Shown here: piece after piece, positions 1 to 8,597 of the stretch
Layout of the letters: each line of letters starts with the position of its first letter
Numbering within the stretch: the first letter of the stretch is position 1
NCBI RefSeq assembly: GCF_040207875.1
Contig: NZ_CP157942.1
Location: forward strand, 945,001-977,000
DNA length: 32,000 nt
Direction of reading: 5' to 3'
DNA from: Wolbachia endosymbiont of Armadillidium arcangelii
GTDB lineage: Bacteria; Pseudomonadota; Alphaproteobacteria; Rickettsiales; Anaplasmataceae
Notes under the pieces: generated by a model
What the model was told of the DNA's origin: nothing
What the model saw: only the letters and a program-made list of their open reading frames with translations
The model's database searches: none
Position numbers and translations under genes: made by a program

Positions 1-477
1 TACGAAGCACCAGAAAATTTCGACTGGCAAAAGAGTTATTGTTTAACAGAAGGAGGGAAAATTGTTGAGAGGAGTCAAGAAAATATTGAGCTGGAATTAC
101 TGGAAACTGCGAAACTTTCTGCATTTTCTAGTCTTCGTGCTTATTATAATAACTATACTCACCAATATGCAGGATATTCTCATCAAAAGCTTAAGTCGTA
201 CGAAATACAAGCAAAAGCCGCAGAGAACATTTTAGCATCACCAGAGTCTATAAATAAGAAAGATGCAGAAGTTATAGAGCCATTAGCAAAAGTCCGTGGT
301 ATTACAGTTATCGAAATGGCAAGGATAATCGAGGAAAAAGTGAAAAAAGCAGTAAAAGCGATAGTGAAATGCGAGGAGTTGGAAGACATGGCGAAGAGGA
401 AAATTGAAGAAGCTAAAAGTGAAGTAGAGCTACAGGCTTTGCTCAATGACTTTAAACAAAGAATGCAAAAAAAATGA
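1..477 (+). CDS. 3' part of a phage structural-module gene of unknown function (start lies outside the window)
   Basis: Frame 1 is open from base 1 to TGA at 475-477 (...LLNDFKQRMQKK*). The stop overlaps the sheath ATG (ATGA at 474-477), which suggests translational coupling. It is absent from the ORF track because it has no start codon in the window. Confidence 0.55.
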   Translation, partial: YEAPENFDWQKSYCLTEGGKIVERSQENIELELLETAKLSAFSSLRAYYNNYTHQYAGYSHQKLKSYEIQAKAAENILASPESINKKDAEVIEPLAKVRGITVIEMARIIEEKVKKAVKAIVKCEELEDMAKRKIEEAKSEVELQALLNDFKQRMQKK

Positions 478-1637
478 CAGAGCAATTTTTACATGGTGTA
501 AATGTTATTGAGGTAACCTCAGGGGCCAAGGTAGTACGCACAGCTAAATCATCAGTGATAGGAGTAATAGGTACTGCACCTGAAGCTGACGAGCAAAAAT
601 TTCCACTGAATAAGCCAGTACTGATAGCAGGAAGCTTAAAAGAAGCGGTAAAACTTGGCAAAAAGGGGACTCTTTTTTCAGCAGTAAATGGAGTATTTTC
701 CCAAATTGGTGCAACAGTAGTAGTTATTCGAGTTGAAGAAAGTGATCCAAAATTAAAAGAAGAAGAGACGCTGAAGAATATAATTGGCGGTGTTGATGAG
801 GAAACCGGAGAATATCAGGGAATTGAGGCATTTCTCAGCAGTGAAAGCATAGTTCATGTTGCGCCAAGAATATTAATTGCACCTCAGTTTACTCACCAAC
901 TACCAGAAGATGGCAAAAATCCAGTGATTTCAGCATTAATTTCTATAGCAGAAAAGCTAAGAAGCATAATAGTAGCAGATGGACCAAATACCAATGATGA
1001 AGAAGCAATAAAATGGCGAAAGAGCATCGGTAGCTCAAGAGTTTACATCGTTGATCCATGGATTAAGGTCTTTGAAGAGGAAGAAAAACCGGCAAGTCCT
1101 TTTGTAGCAGGTTTAATAGCTAAAGTAGATAGCGAGCAAGGATTTTGGCATTCACCTTCAAATAAAGAGATAAACGGTATTGTTGGAACGAGCAGGCCTA
1201 TTGATTTTACGCTCGGTAATACAAATTGTAGAGCAAACCACTTAAATGAAAATGAAGTAACAACGATAATTCATCAAAATGGCTACAGACTTTGGGGAAA
1301 TAGGACATGTTCAAACGATTCGAAATGGGCTTTTCTATCAGTGAGGCGTACTGCAGATTTAATTAACGATAGTTTACTTCGAGCTCATCTCTGGGCAGTT
1401 GATCGAAATATTACCAAAACTTATATAGATGATGTGATTGAGGGGGTGAATTCTTATTTGGCCAATTTAAAAGCACAAGGAGCTATTATCAGCGGAAAAT
1501 GTTATGCAACACCCGAATTCAATACACCAGCAAATATTGCAAGCGGAAAAGTATATTTTGACTTCGAATTTACACCACCATATCCAGCTGAACAGATTAC
1601 TTTTCGTTCATGGTTGGTGAATAATGAAATATCGTAA
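474..1637 (+). CDS. Contractile tail sheath protein (P2 FI-like)
   Basis: 387-aa ORF directly upstream of the tube gene in a sheath-tube-chaperone-TMP-U-X-D order. Size and sequence character fit phage sheath proteins. Confidence 0.85.
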   Translation: MTEQFLHGVNVIEVTSGAKVVRTAKSSVIGVIGTAPEADEQKFPLNKPVLIAGSLKEAVKLGKKGTLFSAVNGVFSQIGATVVVIRVEESDPKLKEEETLKNIIGGVDEETGEYQGIEAFLSSESIVHVAPRILIAPQFTHQLPEDGKNPVISALISIAEKLRSIIVADGPNTNDEEAIKWRKSIGSSRVYIVDPWIKVFEEEEKPASPFVAGLIAKVDSEQGFWHSPSNKEINGIVGTSRPIDFTLGNTNCRANHLNENEVTTIIHQNGYRLWGNRTCSNDSKWAFLSVRRTADLINDSLLRAHLWAVDRNITKTYIDDVIEGVNSYLANLKAQGAIISGKCYATPEFNTPANIASGKVYFDFEFTPPYPAEQITFRSWLVNNEIS

Positions 1638-1658
1638 ATTTTATTAAGGGGAAGAAAG

Positions 1659-2165
1659 ATGCTACCAAAAATTTTAAAGAATTTTAATGTATTCGTAGAT
1701 GGCCGGGGTTATGCAGGAAAAATAGATGAAATAACCTTGCCGAAGCTTACCATAAAAACAGAAGAATACCGAGCTGGTGGTATGGATATTCCAATAAATA
1801 TTGATATAGGCATGGAAAAGCTAGAAGCAGATTTCACTTTTTCTGAGTATGATTCAGAGCTATTTAGACTTTTTGGGTTGATAAATGGAAATTCGGTATC
1901 TTTGACGCTAAGGGGCGGATTACAAGGCAGCGGAAGCAATGATATTGAAGGAGTAATTATCAACCTTAGGGGCATATTCAAAGAATTTGACTTTGGTAGC
2001 TGGAAACCTGCTGAAAAAGCAACGCTGAAGTGTACTGTAGCTGCCCATTACTATAAACTTACTATCGGTGGTAATGAGTTAATAGAAATCGATGCTGAAA
2101 ATATGATTAGAAAGATAAATGGTGTTGATCAGATGGCATTACTTCAGACAGTGCTTGGAATATGA
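1659..2165 (+). CDS. Major tail tube protein (P2 FII-like)
   Basis: 168 aa. The N-terminus MLPKILKNFNVFVDGRGYAGKIDEITLPKL is typical of FII-type tube proteins. A GGGGAAG RBS-like run lies upstream. Confidence 0.85.
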   Translation: MLPKILKNFNVFVDGRGYAGKIDEITLPKLTIKTEEYRAGGMDIPINIDIGMEKLEADFTFSEYDSELFRLFGLINGNSVSLTLRGGLQGSGSNDIEGVIINLRGIFKEFDFGSWKPAEKATLKCTVAAHYYKLTIGGNELIEIDAENMIRKINGVDQMALLQTVLGI

Positions 2166-2239
2166 AGATTTTTAGAATTCTATTTTTTAGATGTTGATCA
2201 AAAACGTTTTACAAGATTTTATTTTTTTAGGAGAATTTT

Positions 2240-2497
2240 ATGCAAACTATAACACTAAACAACCCAATAACAGTTGATGGTATTTCTGTCTCAGAACTTA
2301 CCGTTAGACGTCCAAAAGTTAGAGACTATTTGGCAATAGAACGCATTAATGGTAGCGACCTAAATAAGGAAGTAACTTTGACTGCCAATTTGACATCAGT
2401 TGCAAAAGAAGCGATTGAAGAGTTAGATATTGCTGATTATGTGAAAGTGCAAGAGGTATTAAAGGATTTTTTTTCACCGATTATCCAAAAAACTTGA
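2240..2497 (+). CDS. Tail assembly chaperone, short form (P2 gpE / lambda gpG analogue)
   Basis: 85-aa ORF between the tube and tape-measure genes. AGGAG RBS at about 2230. A T8 run lies 8 codons before its stop. Confidence 0.65.
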   Translation: MQTITLNNPITVDGISVSELTVRRPKVRDYLAIERINGSDLNKEVTLTANLTSVAKEAIEELDIADYVKVQEVLKDFFSPIIQKT

Positions 2498-2625
2498 GAT
2501 TAGAAATACTAGTGCTTGGCTCTATCATAGGTGGTGGAGTTGAGCACATTCTTGATATGGAGATTAGTGAGTTTATTTTATGGAGCAAATTAGCTAGGGA
2601 GTTCAAATGTCAGTATTATCGATAA
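2240..2625 (+). CDS. Predicted -1 frameshift fusion chaperone (P2 E+E' / lambda gpGT analogue)
   Basis: After a slip at TTTTTTTT (2467-2474), the -1 frame stays open for 50 codons (FTDYPKNLRLEILVLGSIIGGGVEHILDMEISEFILWSKLAREFKCQYYR*) to TAA 2623-2625. It overlaps the TMP start at 2607. Confidence 0.5.
2467..2474 (+). promoter_or_regulatory. Slippery T8 run, candidate programmed -1 ribosomal frameshift site
   Basis: The zero frame reads gat ttt ttt tca. The run fits the X XXY YYZ pattern (T TTT TTT) at the conserved position between the tube and tape-measure genes. Confidence 0.5.
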
Positions 2626-4916
2626 AAATAGGTGCGGTACTTGATGGCAGTTTTAATACTGTAATAAAGGGAAGCAGTAGTCAACTTACCCGTCTTGGTG
2701 AGAATATAAGAAAGCTTGATTCATCTTTAAAATCAGTATCAAAGTTTAAGCAGTTGGGTAGTGATGTTTTAACTAGCAGAAGGTCATGGAAAGGTTTTGA
2801 GGATCAGGTAAAATCTTTAGCTAAACAAATGAAAGCAATAGAGAAACCAAGCAAAACTTTAAAAGCTGAGTTTGATAAAGCTAAGTTTTCTGCAACAAAA
2901 GCAAAAGAAGCATATTTGAAAAAGAGAGATGCTTTGCATTCATTTAATGAAGAAGTAAGGAAAAGTGGAAGAAATATTAAGTCATTAGTAAGTGATCAAT
3001 ATAAACTTGGTTCTTCTATTGAAGTGCTAAAAGGTAAGTATGGTAAGCTTGGGTCTGCAATACGTAGTCACCAAAGTTTTTTAGCAAGCAAAGCACATTT
3101 TAAGTCACAAATTATAGAGACTATTGGGCTAGGCCTTTCGCTTGCAGCTCCAGTTAAAGTTGCAATTGATTTTGAATCGGCTATGGCTGATGTTAAAAAA
3201 GTAGTTGATTTTGACGAAAAGACAAAGGAAGCTGATAAATTTGCCAAGAAGTTAAAAGAGATGTCACGTACTATACCATTATCTGCTGCAGAATTAGCAC
3301 AAATAGCTGCAAGCGGTGGTCAACTTGGTATCAAGAAAGAAGATCTTTTTATGTTTACAGAAACAGTGGCAAAAATGTCTACAGCATTTGATATGTCTGC
3401 AGAACAAGCAGGAGATTCTATAGCTAAACTTTCTAACGTTTATGGAATTAATGTTAGTGAAATGGAACACGTTGGTAATGTGATCAACCACTTGTCAGAT
3501 AACACTGCTGCTAAAGCAAAAGATATGGTTGAAGCTCTAGCAATAGTTGGTGGTACTGCAAAGCAGTTTGGATTAAAGTTTGAACAAACAAGTAGCTTAG
3601 TAAATGCTTTCATTAGTTTGGGCAAACAACCAGCAAAAGCTGCAACTGCTATAAATGCACTACTTTCAAAACTTCAAACTGCTGAAGGTCAAGGAAAAGA
3701 ATTTAAGGAAGCACTAGAAGAAACGGGCATAGCCGCAGAAGAAATGGTACAAAGGATAAGTGAAAATGGGGAAAAAGCACTACTTTACTTTTTTCAAACT
3801 CTAAAGAAAATGGATAATCAGGAACGTTCTACAATCCTGATGAAACTTTTCGGTCAGGAATATCAAGATGATATTGCATTATTAGCTGGAAGTTTTAATA
3901 AGTATGAGGATGCAATAAAGTTATTGGCTAATACAGAAAAGTATGGAAGCTCTCTGCAAAAAGAATTCAAAAATCGTGCAGACACTACAGCCAATAAATT
4001 AAGACTCCTTCGCAATGCAATAGCTGAAGTTGGTATGAACCTGGGCTCGGTGATGCTGCCTACTTTAAAATTTATAGCTGAATTTTTACAAGAAAAAACT
4101 AGGAGCATAGCCTTATTTGCAGAAAAATATCCAACCTTAACTACAGCAATCATGGGAACTATAGCAGCTTTAATAAGTTTGAAAATCTTAGTAGTAGGCT
4201 TAGGTTATGGGTTTACTTTTTTAGCAAGTACAGTTCTCGGTTTAAGGGCAAAAATAATTGCAACATTTTCATTTTTATCAGCTACAGTTTTTCCTGCAGT
4301 AATAACAGGGCTAAGAGCAATAACGCTTGCTGTAATGAGTAATCCTATAGGGCTTTTAATTGCTGGACTTGTCACTGGTGCAGCACTTGTTATCACTCAC
4401 TGGCAAAAAGTGAAGGAATTTTTTGCTAGTTTTTGGAAATCAATCATAAAACCGATAGGAGAGGCTTTTTCATGGATGGGAGATACAGTTAGTAGCGTAT
4501 TTTGGAAAGTGTCAGAAAATAGTCCAATAAAAGAATTTGAGAAGAGAAAAACTGTTATTTCGTTAGTTGATGGAGAAGCTAGCAATTTACTTTCTAAAAA
4601 TAGTATTTTTAATAATGGGAATCCTTTATCAAATAATAGTGTGATGAAAGGAATTTCTAAAAATAGCTGGAATAATGTTAAAATTAAACATGCTATCGCA
4701 GAAAAGAAATCTATAGTAGATGAGAAAAATCTAAAAGAGTACGTAAAAAGCAAATATGAAAATAAAACCTTTAACCAAACTCAACATAATTATTTCAACA
4801 TAAGTGTACAAGCAGCACCAAATCAAGATGTTCGCAGCCTTGCTGATGAAGTAATAAAAAGGATAAGAGAAAAATCACGTGATGTTCTGTTTGATACCAT
4901 AGACCCTGTTTATTAA
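2607..4916 (+). CDS. Tail tape measure protein
   Basis: 769 aa with a coiled-coil-rich N-terminus. It has a core motif of the TP901-type TMP family (SAAELAQIAASGGQLGI) and hydrophobic segments around aa 500-590. Its position follows the chaperone genes. Confidence 0.9.
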   Translation: MSVLSIKIGAVLDGSFNTVIKGSSSQLTRLGENIRKLDSSLKSVSKFKQLGSDVLTSRRSWKGFEDQVKSLAKQMKAIEKPSKTLKAEFDKAKFSATKAKEAYLKKRDALHSFNEEVRKSGRNIKSLVSDQYKLGSSIEVLKGKYGKLGSAIRSHQSFLASKAHFKSQIIETIGLGLSLAAPVKVAIDFESAMADVKKVVDFDEKTKEADKFAKKLKEMSRTIPLSAAELAQIAASGGQLGIKKEDLFMFTETVAKMSTAFDMSAEQAGDSIAKLSNVYGINVSEMEHVGNVINHLSDNTAAKAKDMVEALAIVGGTAKQFGLKFEQTSSLVNAFISLGKQPAKAATAINALLSKLQTAEGQGKEFKEALEETGIAAEEMVQRISENGEKALLYFFQTLKKMDNQERSTILMKLFGQEYQDDIALLAGSFNKYEDAIKLLANTEKYGSSLQKEFKNRADTTANKLRLLRNAIAEVGMNLGSVMLPTLKFIAEFLQEKTRSIALFAEKYPTLTTAIMGTIAALISLKILVVGLGYGFTFLASTVLGLRAKIIATFSFLSATVFPAVITGLRAITLAVMSNPIGLLIAGLVTGAALVITHWQKVKEFFASFWKSIIKPIGEAFSWMGDTVSSVFWKVSENSPIKEFEKRKTVISLVDGEASNLLSKNSIFNNGNPLSNNSVMKGISKNSWNNVKIKHAIAEKKSIVDEKNLKEYVKSKYENKTFNQTQHNYFNISVQAAPNQDVRSLADEVIKRIREKSRDVLFDTIDPVY

Positions 4917-4917
4917 A

Positions 4918-5265
4918 ATGTTGTCTCTTGGCCCGTATAAATTTGCTCCAACAAGTTTAAAGTATAATAGGGAAAATCGTTGGAGCACAATTGAGTGTAT
5001 TGAAAATATGCCACTATTACAAAATATCGGTCAAGGTATAGAAGATATAGATTTAGAAGGAACGATTTATCTACATAATCTCAATGGGCTAAATCAATTA
5101 AAGAATATGAAAGAAGCTGAAAAACCACATGTTTTAGTAGATAGTTTAGGTAATATTTTAGGACAGTTCGTAATTACCAGGTTAGAAGAAAAGCAGATGT
5201 ATTTTTTACCTAGTGGACTACCAAGAAAAGTTGAATTTAGTTTGAGTTTGAAGAGCTATAGATGA
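4918..5265 (+). CDS. Tail protein gpU-like
   Basis: 115 aa. It starts 2 nt after the TMP stop and overlaps the next gene by ATGA. It occupies the P2 U position. Confidence 0.7.
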   Translation: MLSLGPYKFAPTSLKYNRENRWSTIECIENMPLLQNIGQGIEDIDLEGTIYLHNLNGLNQLKNMKEAEKPHVLVDSLGNILGQFVITRLEEKQMYFLPSGLPRKVEFSLSLKSYR

Positions 5266-5471
5266 TTATATATTACTTAGCCAAAGAAGGAGAAATGCTA
5301 GATCTGATTTGCTGGAAACATTACGGATTTACGGATGGAGTAGTGGAATTAGTACTAGCAGAGAACTTAGGTTTGGCAGAATACGGAAGCTTTTTGCCTG
5401 CAGGATTAAAGATAAAGCTTCCTACTATTCAGAAACCAGTACAAAAGTCAAAATTAAAGGTCTGGGAATAA
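5262..5471 (+). CDS. Tail protein X (P2 gpX-like)
   Basis: 69 aa. GEMLDLICWKHYGFTDGVVELVLAENLGLAEYGSFLPAGLKIKLP matches the gpX pattern (GDTLD.IC.RYYG...GVVE.VL.ANPGLA...LP.G..I.LP). Confidence 0.8.
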   Translation: MIIYYLAKEGEMLDLICWKHYGFTDGVVELVLAENLGLAEYGSFLPAGLKIKLPTIQKPVQKSKLKVWE

Positions 5472-6422
5472 ATGCAGCCAGATTTTATAATAGATAAATG
5501 TGAATCAATTAAAGATAGAGTCATATCATTGCGCCTTACAGATGAATCTGGGACAATAGACGATGTAGTTGAAGTACATGTTGATTACAGGGACGAAGAC
5601 ATAGATATTCCAAATGAATTAAATATTGCTCTAGGTTATAGAGAAACAGATGTGTTGCCAATGGGTGTATATACAGTTAATGAAATTACAGTGCAAAGTC
5701 CACCTAAAACCTTACTAATAAAGGCTCATGCAACAAATTTAAGACTCTCATTAAAAGAAAAAGTATCTAAAGAATGGCATCAAATTACTCTAGGTAACTT
5801 GGTTAAGGAAATAGCAGAGAAACACGGATATGGGTGCAGAGTTGCAGAAGAATTTGAAAATGTGTTGATTCTACATATTAACCAAATAGAAGAAAGTGAT
5901 ATAAGTTTACTAACAAAAATAGCAATAGAACGCGAAGCAATGGCAAAGCTAGCTGGAGGATACATACTCTTTATTCCAAAAGGCAAAGCAAAGTCGGCAA
6001 CTGGAAAAGCTTTAGGAACAACAGCTATTAGACCTCAAGACACAATAAATTGGAAAGTGCATTTTACCGTAAGCAGGTACAACTCAGTGGTTGCAAAATG
6101 GCATAGCTATGAAAGGGGTGAAACTATATCAGAAACAGTTGGCTTTGGTAGTCCAAGTTATACTATACAAACGCTTTACTCTAATGTAGAATCAGCACTA
6201 AGTGCAGCAAATGCTAAGTTAAAACAACTAAAGCGAAATAATGCAGTGTTGGACATCACTATGCCTGGTAATCCAGAACTATTTGCAGAGGCGAAACTTA
6301 GCTTGTTAGGGTTTTATCAAGATATAGACGGTGAATGGGTAATTGACAGAGCAGAACATGTGTTAGATAGTTCAGGTTATCGCACTGTGTTATCAGCATC
6401 AACGTTAAGAAAAAATCAGTAA
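5472..6422 (+). CDS. Late control gene D-like tail protein (P2 gpD)
   Basis: 316 aa. The ATG follows the gpX TAA immediately. It is the last gene of the canonical P2 tail block. Confidence 0.8.
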   Translation: MQPDFIIDKCESIKDRVISLRLTDESGTIDDVVEVHVDYRDEDIDIPNELNIALGYRETDVLPMGVYTVNEITVQSPPKTLLIKAHATNLRLSLKEKVSKEWHQITLGNLVKEIAEKHGYGCRVAEEFENVLILHINQIEESDISLLTKIAIEREAMAKLAGGYILFIPKGKAKSATGKALGTTAIRPQDTINWKVHFTVSRYNSVVAKWHSYERGETISETVGFGSPSYTIQTLYSNVESALSAANAKLKQLKRNNAVLDITMPGNPELFAEAKLSLLGFYQDIDGEWVIDRAEHVLDSSGYRTVLSASTLRKNQ

Positions 6423-6434
6423 AACAAATGTTTA

Positions 6435-6971
6435 ATGTTGAAAAAAGTATTGAATATGAACAGAGACTCAAGAAATAAGCTACATTTTTGGTGGTTTATA
6501 GTAACAGTAGTATGTGTTATTATTACCTATTGCTATATGAAAGTAAAAGCTACAGATAATTATAAAACAATATTGCGGATTGCATCTGAAAATTGTAACT
6601 TAGAAATTGCGAAGTTTTCAGTAAAAAATTTATTAGATATAGATACGCAAATTTTTAAACTTACTACACTACATTATGCTGCAGGAGAAGGATGCTTAGA
6701 AGTTGTCAAGTTTTTGATAGACGAAGGAATTAATGTAAATATTATCAACGGGTATGGAAGTACAGCACTTCACAATGCTGCGTATCGAGGGGATTTAGAA
6801 ATCATAAGGTTTTTATTGGAGAAAGGTGCAAATCCTACAATCAGAAATAAAGATGGAAAAAACCCAAGAGATGTAGCTGTGCTAAGATCACGGCACAATA
6901 AAGATAAACCATACGATGAAATTATACACTTGCTCTATAATGCTGAAAAGGAACACAAATCTGAGCAGTAA
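6435..6971 (+). CDS. Membrane-anchored ankyrin-repeat protein
   Basis: N-terminal hydrophobic helix FWWFIVTVVCVIITYCYM, followed by about 3 ANK repeats (TLHYAAGEGCLEVVKFLIDEGINVN, TALHNAAYRGDLEIIRFLLEKGANP). Confidence 0.85.
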   Translation: MLKKVLNMNRDSRNKLHFWWFIVTVVCVIITYCYMKVKATDNYKTILRIASENCNLEIAKFSVKNLLDIDTQIFKLTTLHYAAGEGCLEVVKFLIDEGINVNIINGYGSTALHNAAYRGDLEIIRFLLEKGANPTIRNKDGKNPRDVAVLRSRHNKDKPYDEIIHLLYNAEKEHKSEQ

Positions 6972-7019
6972 TATTTCGTAACTGGGAAACAATAGGAAAT
7001 ATTTATACATGTCAAGTTT

Positions 7020-7140
7020 AAGATAATTTTTTTTAGATTGATCCATAAATTATTAACCTTATTACTCAATGTCTAAAATAGTTTTTTTCCATTTTCTTTC
7101 TTATGCCGCTTGCACTTAACTTGACGCTTATGAACACTAC
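7020..7140 (+). repeat. Copy A of a ~125-bp dispersed intergenic repeat (partner at 21925-22055)
   Basis: aagataattttttttag...ataaatta.taa...aatgtctaaaata...ttctttcttatgcc.ct...cttaacttgacgc.tatg...aacact is shared in the same orientation, at roughly three quarters identity by eye. Confidence 0.6.
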
Positions 7141-7187
7141 CAAATAAGAAATAATTGAAAGTCTTTTATTATACAATCAGGAAAAGC

Positions 7188-7403
7188 ATGCAAAAACAAA
7201 AAATCCCAATCACAGTAATAGTAACGATGGTGATACAGACCATAGCAACAATTTGGTGGCTTGCCAAGCTTGATTTAAGAGTACAAATTCATGATCAATT
7301 TATAGAACGAAATCACGAACTAATAGAAACAGTTTATCGCCTTGAGGAGCGGGTAAAAAATCTCATTGAAGAAGTTAATGAGCTTGAGCAAAAACACAAA
7401 TAA
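7188..7403 (+). CDS. Small single-pass membrane / coiled-coil protein
   Basis: ATG at 7188 is preceded by AGGAAAAG. The track ORF starts at an upstream TTG at 7155. TM segment IPITVIVTMVIQTIATIWWLA, then a heptad-like C-terminus. It ends 15 nt before the patatin gene. Confidence 0.5.
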   Translation: MQKQKIPITVIVTMVIQTIATIWWLAKLDLRVQIHDQFIERNHELIETVYRLEERVKNLIEEVNELEQKHK

Positions 7404-7418
7404 CAACTAAATTTCATA

Positions 7419-8348
7419 GTGGTAAAATACATTTTATCCGTTGATGGAGGTGGCATAAGGGGAATAATACCAGCAGTAATTCTAGCAGAAATAGAAAAGA
7501 GAGCAAGGAAGACAATTTCCCAAATCTTTGACTTAATGGCAGGTACTTCAACCGGTGGAATTGTTGTAGCAGGGTTATGCAAAAAAGATGAACGGGGAAA
7601 TCCCCAATATTCAGCAAATGATTTAGTTGAGCTTTACCAAGAATACGGGTCATATATTTTTAAGTCTTCATTTTTTAGGCGAGCAATATTATCTTGGTTT
7701 AACTGTGCACAATATCCACATAAAAATATTGAATTTGTACTGGATAAATATTTTGGAGAGGATATTCTAAAAAATACATTAAGTAATGTATTGCTTACAA
7801 GTTACGACATTTACAATAATTGCCCATTTTTCTTCAAAAGCTGGAAAGAAGGTAATATTAAGCTGAAAGATGCACTCAGAGCTGCAACGGCTGCACCTAC
7901 TTACTTTGCACCTAAATATCTTAAAATCAACCAAAAGGAAATGGTATTAGTGGATGGCGGGGTATTTGCTAATAATCCAGCGGCTTGTGCATATGCTAGT
8001 GGTAAGAGATTATTTCCTAATGATGATATTCTACTGTTATCGATAGGTACTGGCAGAACAGATAGAAGCATAGAGTATGCCAATTCAAAGAGATTTGGAA
8101 AAATAGGCTGGATAAAACCACTACTACATGTGATGTTTTCTTCAAGTTTAGATGCAGTCAACTACCAACTTAATCAAGTTATAGCTAATAAATATATACG
8201 CATACAATCGCAATTAAAAATAGCATCACCTGACATGGATAATATTACATCAAAAAATATCAAATCTCTTCAGCAAGAGGCAAAGGCAATGATAGAGGAA
8301 AATCAGAAAGTGATAGAGAAATTCTGTATAGAAATATTAAATATATAA
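7419..8348 (+). CDS. Patatin-like phospholipase
   Basis: GTG start. Oxyanion motif DGGGIRG (aa 9-15), nucleophile elbow GTSTGG, catalytic Asp motif VDGGVFANNP. Confidence 0.9.
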   Translation: MVKYILSVDGGGIRGIIPAVILAEIEKRARKTISQIFDLMAGTSTGGIVVAGLCKKDERGNPQYSANDLVELYQEYGSYIFKSSFFRRAILSWFNCAQYPHKNIEFVLDKYFGEDILKNTLSNVLLTSYDIYNNCPFFFKSWKEGNIKLKDALRAATAAPTYFAPKYLKINQKEMVLVDGGVFANNPAACAYASGKRLFPNDDILLLSIGTGRTDRSIEYANSKRFGKIGWIKPLLHVMFSSSLDAVNYQLNQVIANKYIRIQSQLKIASPDMDNITSKNIKSLQQEAKAMIEENQKVIEKFCIEILNI

Positions 8349-8414
8349 CTATTCTCTCTAATATTTTAATATATTATTTATGAGTCAGTAAACTACTGCA
8401 GTTTTTAAACCAGG

Positions 8415-8519
8415 CTAAGTTTTGAAAGCATAATTTTCAAGCTCCTCAATAGATAAATCTGTTATTTTAGAAATAGCATCAATAGAAACATTCAGCATAC
8501 TTAGATTATTTGCAACTTT
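8415..8519 (-). pseudogene. Orphan fragment of the Rpn-type C-terminal module
   Basis: The reverse strand translates to KVANNLSMLNVSIDAISKITDLSIEELENYAFKT*. It has no N-terminal body or start, and is homologous to the tail of the 13869-14789 protein. Confidence 0.5.
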
Positions 8520-8597
8520 TATTTATATTAAGTATATAACTATTTTTGCTTATATCTTAATGTGTTATTTAACATTCCCAACCGTCTTTAACACAAT

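Noticed and set aside
5309-5497. 62-aa + strand ORF overlapping gpX and the start of gpD.
   Set aside because: It lies out of frame inside two tightly coupled, well-supported tail genes, and its sequence has no supporting features.
7155-7187. The TTG-initiated 5' extension of the small TM ORF, and likewise the TTG start at 30643 for the ankyrin gene.
   Set aside because: The internal ATGs at 7188 and 30613 have better-placed purine-rich RBS sequences. The extensions add no recognisable features.
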